Shown piece after piece: positions 15,001 to 28,450 of a DNA stretch of 64,000 nt. The translations under genes and the position numbers were made by a program. Numbering within the stretch: position 1 is the first letter of the stretch; the number at the start of each line of letters is the position of its first letter. The DNA is from Paragordius varius. Lineage: Eukaryota > Animalia > Nematomorpha. The stretch spans positions 1,302,001 through 1,366,000 of the forward strand of contig OZ176052.1 of NCBI GenBank assembly GCA_964247055.1, given 5' to 3'. A model generated the notes under the pieces. That model worked only from the letters and a program-made list of their open reading frames with translations. It was not told where the DNA came from and searched no databases.

Positions 15001-18000
15001 CAAGAATCTAAAAATAACATTATAAAAATACTTTTAATTAGGAATATCGAACATTAATCCAATCACCCACCAAACACCTAAAATATTAACTAACTTGTCC
15101 AAGAATCTAAAAATTACATGATAAAAATACTTTTAATTAGGAATATCGAACATTAATCCAATCACCCACCAAACACCTAAAATATTAACTTACTTGTCCA
15201 AGAATCTAAAAATTGCATTATAAAAATACTTTTAATTAGGAATATCGAACATTAATCCAATCAACCGCCAAACACCTAAAATATTAACTTACTTGTCCAA
15301 GAATCTAAAAATTACATGATAAAAATACTTCTAATTAGGAATATCGAACATTAATCCAATCACCCACCAAACACCTAAAATATTAACTTACTTGTCCAAG
15401 AATCTAAAAATTACATGATAAAAATACTTTTAATTAGGAATATCGATCATTAATCCAATCACCCACCAAACACCTAAAATATTAACTTACTTGTCCAAGA
15501 ATCTAAAAATTGCATTATAAAAATACTTTTAATTAGGAATATCGAACATTAATCCAATCACCCACCAAACACCTAAAATATTAACTTACTTGTCCAAGAA
15601 TCTAAAAATTGCATTATAAAAATACTTTTAATCAGGAATATCGAACATTAATCCAATCACCCACCAAACACCTAAAATATTAACTTACTTGTCCATGAAT
15701 CTAAAAATTATGTTATAAAATACTTTTAATTAGGAATATCGAACATTAATTCAATCACCCACCAAACACCTAAAATATTAACTTACTTGTCCAAGAATCT
15801 ATAAATTATATTATAAAAATACTTTTAATTAGGAATATCGAACATTAATCCAATAACCCACCAAACACCTAAAATATTAACTTACTTGTCCAAGAATCTA
15901 AAAATCACATTATAAAATACTTTTAATTAGGAATATCGAACATTTATCCAATCACCCACCAAACACCTAAAATATTAACTTACTAGTCCAAGAATCTAAA
16001 AATAAATTATAAAAATACTTTTAATTAGGAATATCGAACATTACTCCAATCACCAACCAAACACCTAAAATATTAACTTACTTGTCCAAGAATCTAAAAA
16101 TTACATTATAAAAATACTTTTAATTAGGAATATCGAACATTAATCCAATCACCCACCAAACACCTAAAATATTAACTTACTTGTCCAAGAATCTAAAAAT
16201 TACATGATAAAAATACTTTTAATTAGGAATATCGAACATTAATCCAATCACCCACCAAACACCTAAAATATTAACTTACTTGTCCAAGAATCTAAAAATT
16301 GCATTATAAAAATACTTTTAATTAGGAATATCGAACATTAATCCAATCACCCGCCAAACACCTAAAATATTAACTTACTTGTCCAAGAATCTAAAAATTA
16401 CATGATAAAAATACTTCTAATTAGGAATATCGAACATTAATCCAATCACCCACCAAACACCTAAAATATTAACTTACTTGTCCAAGAATCTAAAAATTAC
16501 ATGATAAAAATACTTTTAATTAGGAATATCGATCATTAATCCAATCACCCACCAAACACCTAAAATATTAACTTACTTGTCCAAGAATCTAAAAATTGCA
16601 TTATAAAAATACTTTTAATTAGGAATATCGAACATTAATCCAATCACCCACCAAACACCTAAAATATTAACTTACTTGTCCAAGAATCTAAAAATTGCAT
16701 TATAAAAATACTTTTAATCAGGAATATCGAACATTAATCCAATCACCCACCAAACACCTAAAATATTAACTTACTTGTCCATGAATCTAAAAATTATGTT
16801 ATAAAATACTTTTAATTAGGAATATCGAACATTAATTCAATCACCCACCAAACACCTAAAATATTAACTTACTTGTCCAAGAATCTATAAATTATATTAT
16901 AAAAATACTTTTAATTAGGAATATCGAACATTAATCCAATAACCCACCAAACACCTAAAATATTAACTTACTTGTCCAAGAATCTAAAAATCACATTATA
17001 AAATACTTTTAATTAGGAATATCGAACATTTATCCAATCACCCACCAAACACCTAAAATATTAACTTACTAGTCCAAGAATCTAAAAATAAATTATAAAA
17101 ATACTTTTAATTAGGAATATCGAACATTACTCCAATCACCAACCAAACACCTAAAATATTAACTTACTTGTCCAAGAATCTAAAAATTACATTATAAAAA
17201 TACTTTTAATTAGGAATATCGAACATTAATCCAATCACTCATCGAACACCTAAAATATTAACTTACTTCTCCAAGAATCTAAAAACTTACATTAATAAAT
17301 ACTTTTAATTAGGAATATCGAACATTGATCCAATCACCCACCAAACACCTAAAATATTAACTTACTTGTCCAAGAATCTATAAATTATATTATAAAAATA
17401 CTTTTAATTAGGAATATCGAACATTAATCCAATCACTCATCGAACACCTAAAATATTAACTTACTTCTCCAAGAATCTAAAAACTTACATTATTAAATAC
17501 TTTTAATTAGGAATATTGAACATTAATCCAATCCACCAAACACCTAAAATATTAACTTTCCTGTCCAAGAATCTAAAAAATTACATTATAAAATAATTTT
17601 TATTAGGAATATCGAACATTAATCCAATCACCCACCAAACACCTAACATATTAACTTACTTGTCCAAGAATCTATAAATTATTTTATAAAAATACTTTTA
17701 ATTAGGAATATCGAACATTAATCCAATCAACCACCAAACACCTAAAATATTAACTTACTTGTCCAAGAATCTATAAATTATAACATAAAATACTTTTAAT
17801 TAGGAATATCGAACATTAATCCAATCAACCACCAAACACCTAAAATATTAACTTACTTGTCCAAGAATCTATAAATTATTTTATAAAAATACTTTTAATT
17901 AGCAATATCGAACATTAATCCAATCACCCACCAAACACCTAAAATATTAACTTACTTGTCCAAGAATCTATAAATTATATTATAAAAATACTTTTAATTA

Positions 18001-21000
18001 GGAATATCGAACATTAATCCAATCACTCATCGAACACCTAAAATATTAACTTTCCTGTCCAAGAATCTAAAAAATTACATTATAAAATAATTTTTATTAG
18101 GAATCTCGAACATTAATCCAATCACCCACCAAACACCTAACATATTAACTTACTTGTCCAAGAATCTATAAATTATTTTATAAAAATACTTTTAATTAGC
18201 AATATCCAACATTAATCCAATTACCCACCAAACAACTAAAATATTGACTTACTTGTCCAAGAATCTAAAAACTTACATTATTAAATACTTTTAATTAGGA
18301 ATATCGAACATTAATCCAATCACCCACCAAACACCTAAAATATTAACTTACTTGTCCAAGAATCTATAAATTATATTATAAAAATACTTTTAATTAGGAA
18401 TATCGAACATTAATCCAATCACCCACCAAACACCTAAAATATTAACTTTCCTGTCCAAGAATCTAAAAAATTACATTATAAAATAATTTTTATTAGGAAT
18501 ATCGAACATTAATCCAATCACCCACCAAACACCTAACATATTAACTTACTTGTCCAAGAATCTATAAATTATTTTATAAAAATACTTTTAATTAGCAATA
18601 TCCAACATTAATCCAATTACCCACCAAACACCTAAAATATTGACTTACTTGTCCAAGAATCTAAAAATTACATTATAAAAATACTTTTAATTAGGAATAT
18701 CGAACATTAATCCAATCACCCACCAAACACCTAACATATTAACTTACTTGTCCAAGAATCTATAAATTATTTTATAAAAATACTTTTAATTAGGAATATC
18801 GAACATTAATCCAATTACCCACCAAACACCTAAAATATTAACTTACTTGTCCAAGAATCTAAAAATTACATTATAAAAATACTTTTAATAAGCAATATCG
18901 AACATTAATCCAATTACCCACCAAACACCTAAAATATTAACTTACTTGTCCAAGAATCTATAAATTATAACATAAAATACTTTTAATTAGGAATATCGAA
19001 CATTAATCCAATCACCCATTAAATACCTAAAATATTAACTTACTTGTCCAAGAATATAAAAATTACATTATAAAAATACTTTTAATTTGGAATATCGAAC
19101 ATTAATCCAATCACCCACCAAACACCTAAAATATTATCTTACTTGTCCAAGAATCTATAAATTATATTATAAAATACTTTTAATTAGGAATATCGAACAT
19201 TAATCCAATCACCCACCAAACACCTAAAATATTAACTTACTTGTCCAAGAATCTAAAAATTACATTATAAAAATACTTTTAATTAGGAATATCGAACATA
19301 AATCCAATCACCCACCAAACACCTAAAATATTAACTTACTTGTCCAAGAATCTAAAAATTACATGATAAAAATACTTTTAATTAGGAATATCGAATTAAT
19401 CCAATCACCCACCAAACACCTAAAATATTAACTTACTTGTCCAAGAATCTAAAAATTGCATTATAAAAATACTTTTAATCAGGAATATCGAACATTAATC
19501 CAATCACCCACCAAACACCTAAAATATTAACTTACTTGTCCATGAATCTAAAAATTATGTTATAAAATACTTTTAATTAGGAATATCGAACATTAATCCA
19601 ATCACCCACCAAACACCTAAAATATTAACTTACTTGTCAAAGAATCTATAAATTATATTATAAAAATACTTTTAATTAGGAATATCGAACATTAATCCAA
19701 TCACCCACCAAACACCTAAAATATTAACTTTACTGTCCAAGAATCTAAAAATAACATTATAAAAATACTTTAATTAGGAATAGCGAACATTAATCCAATC
19801 ACCCACCAAATACCTAAACTATTAACTTACTTGTCCAAGAATCTAAAAAATTACATTATAAAATAATTTTTATTAGGAATATCGAACATTATTCCAATCA
19901 CCCACCAAACACCTAAAATATTAACTTACTTGTCCAAGAATCTATAAATTATATTATAAAAATACTTTTAATTAGGAATATCGAACATTAATCCAATCAC
20001 CCACCAAACACCTAAAATATTAACTTTCCTGTCCAAGAATCTAAAAATTTACATTATAAAATAATTTTTATTAGGAATATCGAACATTAATCCAATCACC
20101 CACCAAACACCTAACATATTAACTTACTTGTCCAAGAATCTATAAATTATTTTATAAAAATACTTTTAATTAGCAATATCCAACATTAATCCAATTACCC
20201 ACCAAACACCTAAAATATTGACTTTCCTGTCCAAGAATCTAAAAATTATATTATAAAAATACTTTTAATTAGGAATATCGAACATTAATCCAATCACCCA
20301 CCAAACACCTAAAATATTAACTTTCCTGTCCAAGAATCTAAAAAATTACATTATAAAATAATTTTTATTAGGAATATCGAACATTAATCCAATCACCCAC
20401 CAAACACCTAACATATTAACTTACTTGTCCAAGAATCTATAAATTATTTTATAAAAATACTTTTAATTAGCAATATCGAACATTAATCCAATTACCCACC
20501 AAACACCTAAAATATTAACTTACTTGTCCAAGAATCTATAAATTGCATTATAAAAATACTTTTAATTAGGAATATCGAACATTAATCCAATCACCCACCA
20601 AACACCTAAAATATTAACTTACTTGTACAAGAATCTAAAAATTGCATTATAAAAATACTTTTAATCAGGAATATCGAACATTAATCCAATCACCCACCAA
20701 ACACCTAAAATATTAACTTACTTGTCCATGAATCTAAAAATTATGTTATAAAATACTTTTAATTAGGAATATCGAACATTAATCCAATCACCCACCAAAC
20801 ACCTAAAATATTAACTTACTTGTCAAAGAATCTATAAATTATATTATAAAAATACTTTTAATTAGGAATATCGAAAATTAATCCAATCACCCACCAAACA
20901 CCTAAAATATTAACTTTCCTGTCCAAGAATCTAAAAATAACATTGTAAAAATACTTTAATTAGGAATAGCGAACATTAATCCAATCACCCACCAAATACC

Positions 21001-24000
21001 TAAACTATTAACTTACTTGTCCAAGAATCTAAAAAATTACATTATAAAATAATTTTTATTAGGAATATCGAACATTATTCCAATCACCCACCAAACACCT
21101 AAAATATTAACTTACATGTCCAAGAATCTATAAATTTTATTATAAAAATACTTTTAATTATTGATATCGAACATTAATCCAATCACCCACCAAACACCTA
21201 AAATATTAACTTACTTGTCCAATATAAATTATATTATAAAAATACTTTTAATTAGGAATATCGAACATTAATCCAATCACCCACCAAACACCTAAAATAT
21301 TAACTTTCCTGTCCAAGAATCTAAAAATAACATTATAAAAATACTTTAATTAGGAATAGCGAACATTAATCCAATCACCCACCAAATACCTAAACTATTA
21401 ACTTACTTGTCCAAGAATCTATAAATTATATTATAAAAATACTTTTAATTAGGAATATCGAACATTAATCCAATCACTCATCGAACACCTAAAATATTAA
21501 CTTACTTCTCCAAGAATCTAAAAACTTACATTATTAAATACTTTTAATCAGGAATATCGAACATTAATCCAATCACCCACCAAACACCTAAAATATTAAC
21601 TTACTTGTCCAAGAATCTATAAATTATAACATAAAATACTTTTAATTAGGAATATCGAACATTAATCCAATCAACCACCAAACACCTAAAATATTAACTT
21701 ACTTGTCCAAGAATCTATAAATTATTTTATAAAAATACTTTTAATTAGCAATATCGAACATTAATCCAATTACCCACCAAACACCTAAAATATTAACTTA
21801 CTTGTCCAAGAATCTAAAAATTACAATATAAAAATACTTTTAATTAGCAATATCGAACATTAATCCAATTACCCACCAAACACCTAAAATATTAACTTAC
21901 TTGTCCAAGAATCTATAAATTATAACATAAAATACTTTTAATTAGGAATATCGAACATTAATCCAATCACCCATTAAATACCTAAAATATTAACTTACTT
22001 GTCCAAGAATATAAAAATTACATTATAAAAATACTTTTAATTTGGAATATCGAACATTAATCCAATCACCCACCAAACACCTAAAATATTATCTTAATTG
22101 TCCAAGAATCTATAAATTATATTATAAAATACTTTTAATTAGGAATATCGAACATTAATCCAATCACCCACCAAACACCTAAAATATTAACTTACTTGTC
22201 CAAGAATCTAAAAATAACATTATAAAAATACTTTTAATTAGGAATATCGAACATTAATCCAATCACCCACCAAACACCTAAAATATTAACTAACTTGTCC
22301 AAGAATCTAAAAATTACATGATAAAAATACTTTTAATTAGGAATATCGAACATTAATCCAATCACCCACCAAACACCTAAAATATTAACTTACTTGTCCA
22401 AGAATCTAAAAATTGCATTATAAAAATACTTTTAATTAGGAATATCGAACATTAATCCAATCAACCGCCAAACACCTAAAATATTAACTTACTTGTCCAA
22501 GAATCTAAAAATTACATGATAAAAATACTTCTAATTAGGAATATCGAACATTAATCCAATCACCCACCAAACACCTAAAATATTAACTTACTTGTCCAAG
22601 AATCTAAAAATTACATGATAAAAATACTTTTAATTAGGAATATCGATCATTAATCCAATCACCCACCAAACACTTAAAATATTAACTTACTTGTCCAAGA
22701 ATCTAAAAATTGCATTATAAAAATACTTTTAATTAGGAATATCGAACATTAATCCAATCACCCACCAAACACCTAAAATATTAACTTACTTGTCCAAGAA
22801 TCTAAAAATTGCATTATAAAAATACTTTTAATCAGGAATATCGAACATTAATCCAATCACCCACCAAACACCTAAAATATTAACTTACTTGTCCATGAAT
22901 CTAAAAATTATGTTATAAAATACTTTTAATTAGGAATATCGAACATTAATTCAATCACCCACCAAACACCTAAAATATTAACTTACTTGTCCAAGAATCT
23001 ATAAATTATATTATAAAAATACTTTTAATTAGGAATATCGAACATTAATCCAATAAACCACCAAACACCTAAAATATTAACTTACTTGTCCAAGAATCTA
23101 AAAATCACATTATAAAATACTTTTAATTAGGAATATCGAACATTAATCCAATCACCCACCAAACACCTAAAATATTAACTTACTTGTCCAAGAATCTAAA
23201 AATTGCATTATAAAAATACTTTTAATTAGGAATATCGAACATTAATCCAATCACCCGCCAAACACCTAAAATATTAACTTACTTGTCCAAGAATCTAAAA
23301 ATTACATGATAAAAATACTTCTAATTAGGAATATTGAACATTAATCCAATCACCCACCAAACACCTAAAATATTAACTTACTTGTCCAAGAATCTAAAAA
23401 TTACATGATAAAAATACTTTTAATTAGGAATATCGATCATTAATCCAATCACCCACCAAACACCTAAAATATTAACTTACTTGTCCAAGAATCTAAAAAT
23501 TGCATTATAAAAATACTTTTAATTAGGAATATCGAACATTAATCCAATCACCCACCAAACACCTAAAATATTAACTTACTTGTCCAAGAATCTAAAAATT
23601 GCATTATAAAAATACTTTTAATCAGGAATATCGAACATTAATCCAATCACCCACCAAACACCTAAAATATTAACTTACTTGTCCATGAATCTAAAAATTA
23701 TGTTATAAAATACTTTTAATTAGGAATATCGAACATTAATTCAATCACCCACCAAACACCTAAAATATTAACTTACTTGTCCAAGAATCTATAAATTATA
23801 TTATAAAAATACTTTTAATTAGGAATATCGAACATTAATCCAATAACCCACCAAACACCTAAAATATTAACTTACTTGTCCAAGAATCTAAAAATCACAT
23901 TATAAAATACTTTTAATTAGGAATATCGAACATTTATCCAATCACCCACCAAACACCTAAAATATTAACTTACTAGTCCAAGAATCTAAAAATAAATTAT

Positions 24001-26560
24001 AAAAATACTTTTAATTAGGAATATCGAACATTACTCCAATCACCAACCAAACACCTAAAATATTAACTTACTTGTCCAAGAATCTAAAAATTACATTATA
24101 AAAATACTTTTAATTATTGATATCGAACATTAATCCAATCACCCACCAAACACCTAAAATATTAACTTACTTGTCCAATATAAATTATATTATAAAAATA
24201 CTTTTAATTAGGAATATCGAACATTAATCCAATCACCCACCAAACACCTAAAATATTAACTTACTTGTCCAAGAATCTATAAATTATATTATAAAAATAC
24301 TTTTAATTAGGAATATCGAACATTAATCCAATCACCCACCAAACACCTAAAATATTAACTTTACTGTCCAAGAATCTAAAAATAACATTATAAAAATACT
24401 TTAATTAGGAATAGCGAACATTAATCCAATCACCCACCAAATACCTAAACTATTAACTTACTTGTCCAAGAATCTATAAATTATATTATAAAAATACTTT
24501 TAATTAGGAATATCGAACATTAATCCAATCACCCACCAAACACCTAAAATATTAACTTTACTGTCCAAGAATCTAAAAATAACATTATAAAAATACTTTA
24601 ATTAGGAATAGCGAACATTAATCCAATCACCCACCAAATACCTAAACTATTAACTTACTTGTCCAAGAATCTAAAAAATTACATTATAAAATAATTTTTA
24701 TTAGGAATATCGAACATTATTCCAATCACCCAACAAACACCTAAAATATTAACTTACATGTCCAAGAATCTATAAATTATATTATAAAAATACTTTTAAT
24801 TATTGATATCGAACATTAATCCAATCACCCACCAAACACCTAAAATATTAACTTACTTGTCCAATATATATTATAAAAATACTTTTAATTAGGAATATCG
24901 AACATTAATCCAATCACCCACCAAACACCTAAAATATTAACTTTCCTGTCCAAGAATATAAAAATAACATTATAAAAATACTTTAATTAGGAATAGCGAA
25001 CATTAATCCAATCACTCATCGAACACCTAAAATATTAACTTACTTCTCCAAGAATCTAAAAACTTACATTATTAAATACTTTTAATTAGGAATATCGAAC
25101 ATTAATCCAATCACCCACCAAACACCTAAAATATTAACTTTCCTGTCCAAGAATCTAAAAATAACATTATAAAAATACTTTAATTACGAATAGCGAACAT
25201 TATTCCAATCACCCACCAAATACCTAAACTATTAACTTACTTGTCCAAGAATCTATAAATTATATTATAAAAATACTTTTAATTAGGAATATCGAACATT
25301 AATCCAATCACCCACCAAACACCTAACATATCTTACTTGTCCAAGAATCTATAAATTATTTTATAAAAATACTTTTAATTAGCAATATCGAACATTAATC
25401 CAATTACCCACCAAACACCTAAAATATTGACTTACTTGTCCAAGAATCTAAAAATTACATTATAAAAATATTTTTAATTAGGAATATCGAACATTAATCC
25501 AATCAACCACCAAACACCTAAAATATTAACTTACTTGTCCAAGAATCTATAAATTATAACATAAAATACTTTTAACTAGGAATATCGAACATTAATCCAA
25601 TCAACCACCAAACACCTAAAATATTAACTTACTTGTCCAAGAATCTATAAATTATTTTATAAAAATACTTTTAATTAGCAATATCGAACATTAATCCAAT
25701 TACCCACCAAACACCTAAAATATTAACTTACTTCTCCAAGAATCTATAAATTATAACATAAAATACTTTTAATTAGGAATATCGAACATTAATCCAATCA
25801 CCCATTAAATACCTAAAATATTAACTTACTTGTCCAAGAATATAAAAATTACATTATAAAAATACTTTTAATTAGCAATATCGAACATTAATCCAATTAC
25901 CCACCAAACACCTAAAATATTAACTTACTTGTCCAAGAATCTATAAATTATAACATAAAATACTTTTAATTAGGAATATCGAACATTAATCCAATCACCC
26001 ATTAAATACCTAAAATATTAACTTACTTGTCCAAGAATATAAAAATTACATTATAAAAATACTTTTAATTTGGAATATCGAACATTAATCCAATCACCCA
26101 CCAAACACCTAAAATATTATCTTACTTGTCCAAGAATCTATAAATTATATTATAAAATACTTTTAATTAGGAATATCGAACATTAATCCAATCACTCCCA
26201 AACACCTAAAATATTAACTTACTTGTCCAAGAATCTAAAAATTACATGATAAAAATACTTTTAATTTGGAATATCGAACATTAATCCAATCACCCACCAA
26301 ACACCTAAAATATTAACTTACTTGTCCAAGAATCTAAAAATTACATTATAAAAATACTTTTAATTAGAAATATCGAACATTAATCCAATCACCCACCAAA
26401 CACCTAAAATATTAACTTTCTTGTCCAAGAATCTAAAAATTATATTATAAAATACTTTTAATTAGGAATATCGAACAATATTCCAATCAACCACCAAACA
26501 CCTAAAAGATTAACTTACCTGTCCGTGGATCTAAAAATATTACTTATAATAATAATTTAG
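1..26560. repeat. Homogeneous tandem satellite, 99-bp monomer, ~268 copies, 5'-truncated by the window edge
   Basis: Consensus AACATTAATCCAATCACCCACCAAACACCTAAAATATTAACTTACTTGTCCAAGAATCTAAAAATTACATTATAAAAATACTTTTAATTAGGAATATCG. AACATT starts recur at 94, 193 and at 885, 984 (period 99; variants ~93-100). All copies are head-to-tail with no unique spacers. The last 2-3 monomers (26,340-26,560) are degenerate. Confidence 0.99.
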
Positions 26561-26579
26561 TATTATGAGCCATCCAAAA

Positions 26580-28405
26580 TAATTACTCGGTTAACCCTCA
26601 TCATTTTCAAACCGAAAATTAAAAAAAAATAGATATTTTAATTTTTATTATATTCAATTTGTTGTTCCTTACATTTTAAATTCTAGCCCTTTTTTAATAT
26701 TATCAATCATGTTAATTCATTTAAAATTATAAAGTTTCTTTATAAAATACTTTATAAATATTTATTCTTATATTTATATTAGTTTATGGTAAGAATTTGT
26801 TATTTAAACCCTTTATATTGGAAAGGACACGGAACCACTCCTCTAAGAACATAATAAAAACTGATTAAAATTATTTTCCATATAAAATGTATCTCTAATA
26901 TTAAGCACATTTTTTTCAAATACATCTAGTTTTATTTCAATTATTGAAATTCGTCCAATTATTGTTACCACTAGACCATTGTATTTAATATATAAAAAGG
27001 TAATATATGCATTAATATGTATCCGAAAAATATATATATCCATCTTTAAAATAAGCCTAATTTTTAATATTTAAATTCTAAAACAACGCTAGCACACTTT
27101 GCAGCCTGGTAAATATAATTAAACACTAGAATTCTAAAATGGTTGTTATTCTTTATTATGTTACATATTTACCTTATATATATGGGCAGTCCATCCTTCT
27201 TCAATGGAGATTCACGAATTAATAATATTCACAAACAAATTTAAGTAAGTTATTGAGATTTATAAAACATACAAATGATTGTTAATAGTTATCTTATTCT
27301 AAATACAAATTAAAGTGATTGTTATAAATGTATTAATAAATAAATACTTATATATAGTAGAATATCCTAAATTAAAACTTAATCTTTTAGAGATATTAGT
27401 ATTTAGGGACTTGTAATTTAGACCGCCTTTGCAAATTAAATAAGTTAAGAAATTTAATTTACAGCTTATATACAAATAGATTTATAATTTTTGAATTATT
27501 ACCTATCAGGTCCTTAAACAAGCCACCGATTCATTAAAATCATTAATGATTGATTCATATATAATAGTTTTCGATCATTAGAAGTTTTAAATTAGTTTTC
27601 TCTGCGTTAAAATCCTATAGCCAAAATTTATTGAAAAAAATGGGAAGCGAAATATATACTGGATATCTTTGAATATATTATGAAGTTTAAGCCAATATTA
27701 GATAGTTTTATGGTTATTTTAGATAAAAATAATTACATGCTAGAGCGTAATTTTAGATTGAATGTAGATTGAAATTAATAAGATTTGACATGATTGTTGA
27801 TCTTTTATAGTTAAAAATTAATAAACCATTTAAAGACGCATAATATTAATAATTACAAATTAAATTTTAATAAGAGGACCTTAAGATTTTTACCGTTCAA
27901 AGATATAATTTCAAAAAAAATTTGGTATGTATAAATGATATTTAGTCTGGCTCGCCAAATACATCCAGTTTGAACCAATATCAAGAGCCATTTCTTACAT
28001 CTTATTAACTTATCAAAAAATTTAAGAGCCAAAAAATTTAAAATTAACCCATTTGTATTATATGTTCTTCGATTTTTTCTCATTTATCTCTAAGTGTCAT
28101 GTTAAATAGCTTATATAGGAGAAATCAAATCGGTTTTTCAACTGGTTCTGATGCAAATAAGCTAATTCCCAGATAGCGATCCAATCTAGGTTTTCGTGTG
28201 CGTGACGAAATTGGAATGTTTAGTTATCAAATTCTAGAATTGCATTTAATTATTTTGGAACTGATTGTTCTAAATATGGCGTTTATAAAATTCTTATTAT
28301 AATTTATACCAGTGCTAATAAATTATTAATTTTAACAGAATTTTAGCAAATTTGATGTTGTATTTCTTTATTGTAAACAAAATTAAAATAATTGTTAGTT
28401 TACTC
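26580..28405. repeat. Array-flanking segment, copy A (homologous to 50,810-52,970)
   Basis: Collinear shared blocks: GGTTAACC-TCAT (26,589 / 50,818); TATGGTAAGAATTTG vs TATGGTGAGAATTTG; TCAATGGAGATTCACGAATTAA; GTGATTGTTATAAATGTATTAATAAAT; TAGGTTTTCGTG; TAAACAAAATTAAAAT...AGTTTACT. Roughly 75-80% identical by eye in the best blocks. Confidence 0.9.
27173..28390 (-). pseudogene. Decayed coding-like sequence (unidentified protein) in flank copy A
   Basis: Minus-strand peptides align with copy B: IRESPLKKDGLPI (27,181-27,219), LNAILEFDN*TFQFRHAHENL, QIC*NSVKINNLLAL, YLICKGGLNYKSL. Several differences between copies are synonymous. An AG|GTAAAT donor-like site is conserved in both copies. Multiple stops and frameshifts. 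Confidence 0.4.
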
Positions 28406-28411
28406 TTATGA

Positions 28412-28450
28412 TAGGGGCGTCCTACACAAAGGGCTTCGAGGGCCACATTT
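28412..28450 (+). mobile_element. Possible hAT-type MITE 5' end remnant
   Basis: TAGGGGCGTCC...TTCGAGGGCCACATT is a GC-rich island resembling the CAGGGG.../GAGGGCCACA termini of non-autonomous hAT elements. It starts where the flank homology stops. No matching 3' end found. Confidence 0.25.

Noticed and set aside
1-26560. CRISPR array
   Set aside because: There are no unique spacers: the entire 99 bp is repeated. There are no cas genes, and the context is intron-containing eukaryotic DNA.
1-26560. Coding repeat (99 bp = 33 codons)
   Set aside because: The ORF track has no ORF of 60 aa or more in the array. Frequent 1-bp indels (98/100-bp variants) show no frame constraint.
1-26560. Telomeric repeat (TG-rich minus-strand patch)
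   Set aside because: The patch is only ~20 bp per 99-bp unit and is not a short tandem telomere motif.
27182-27243. Plus-strand MG(S/I)PSFFNGDSRI, reminiscent of an XRN N-terminus
   Set aside because: It stops after ~20 codons in both flank copies and the following residues do not fit XRN. The minus-strand reading has better support.
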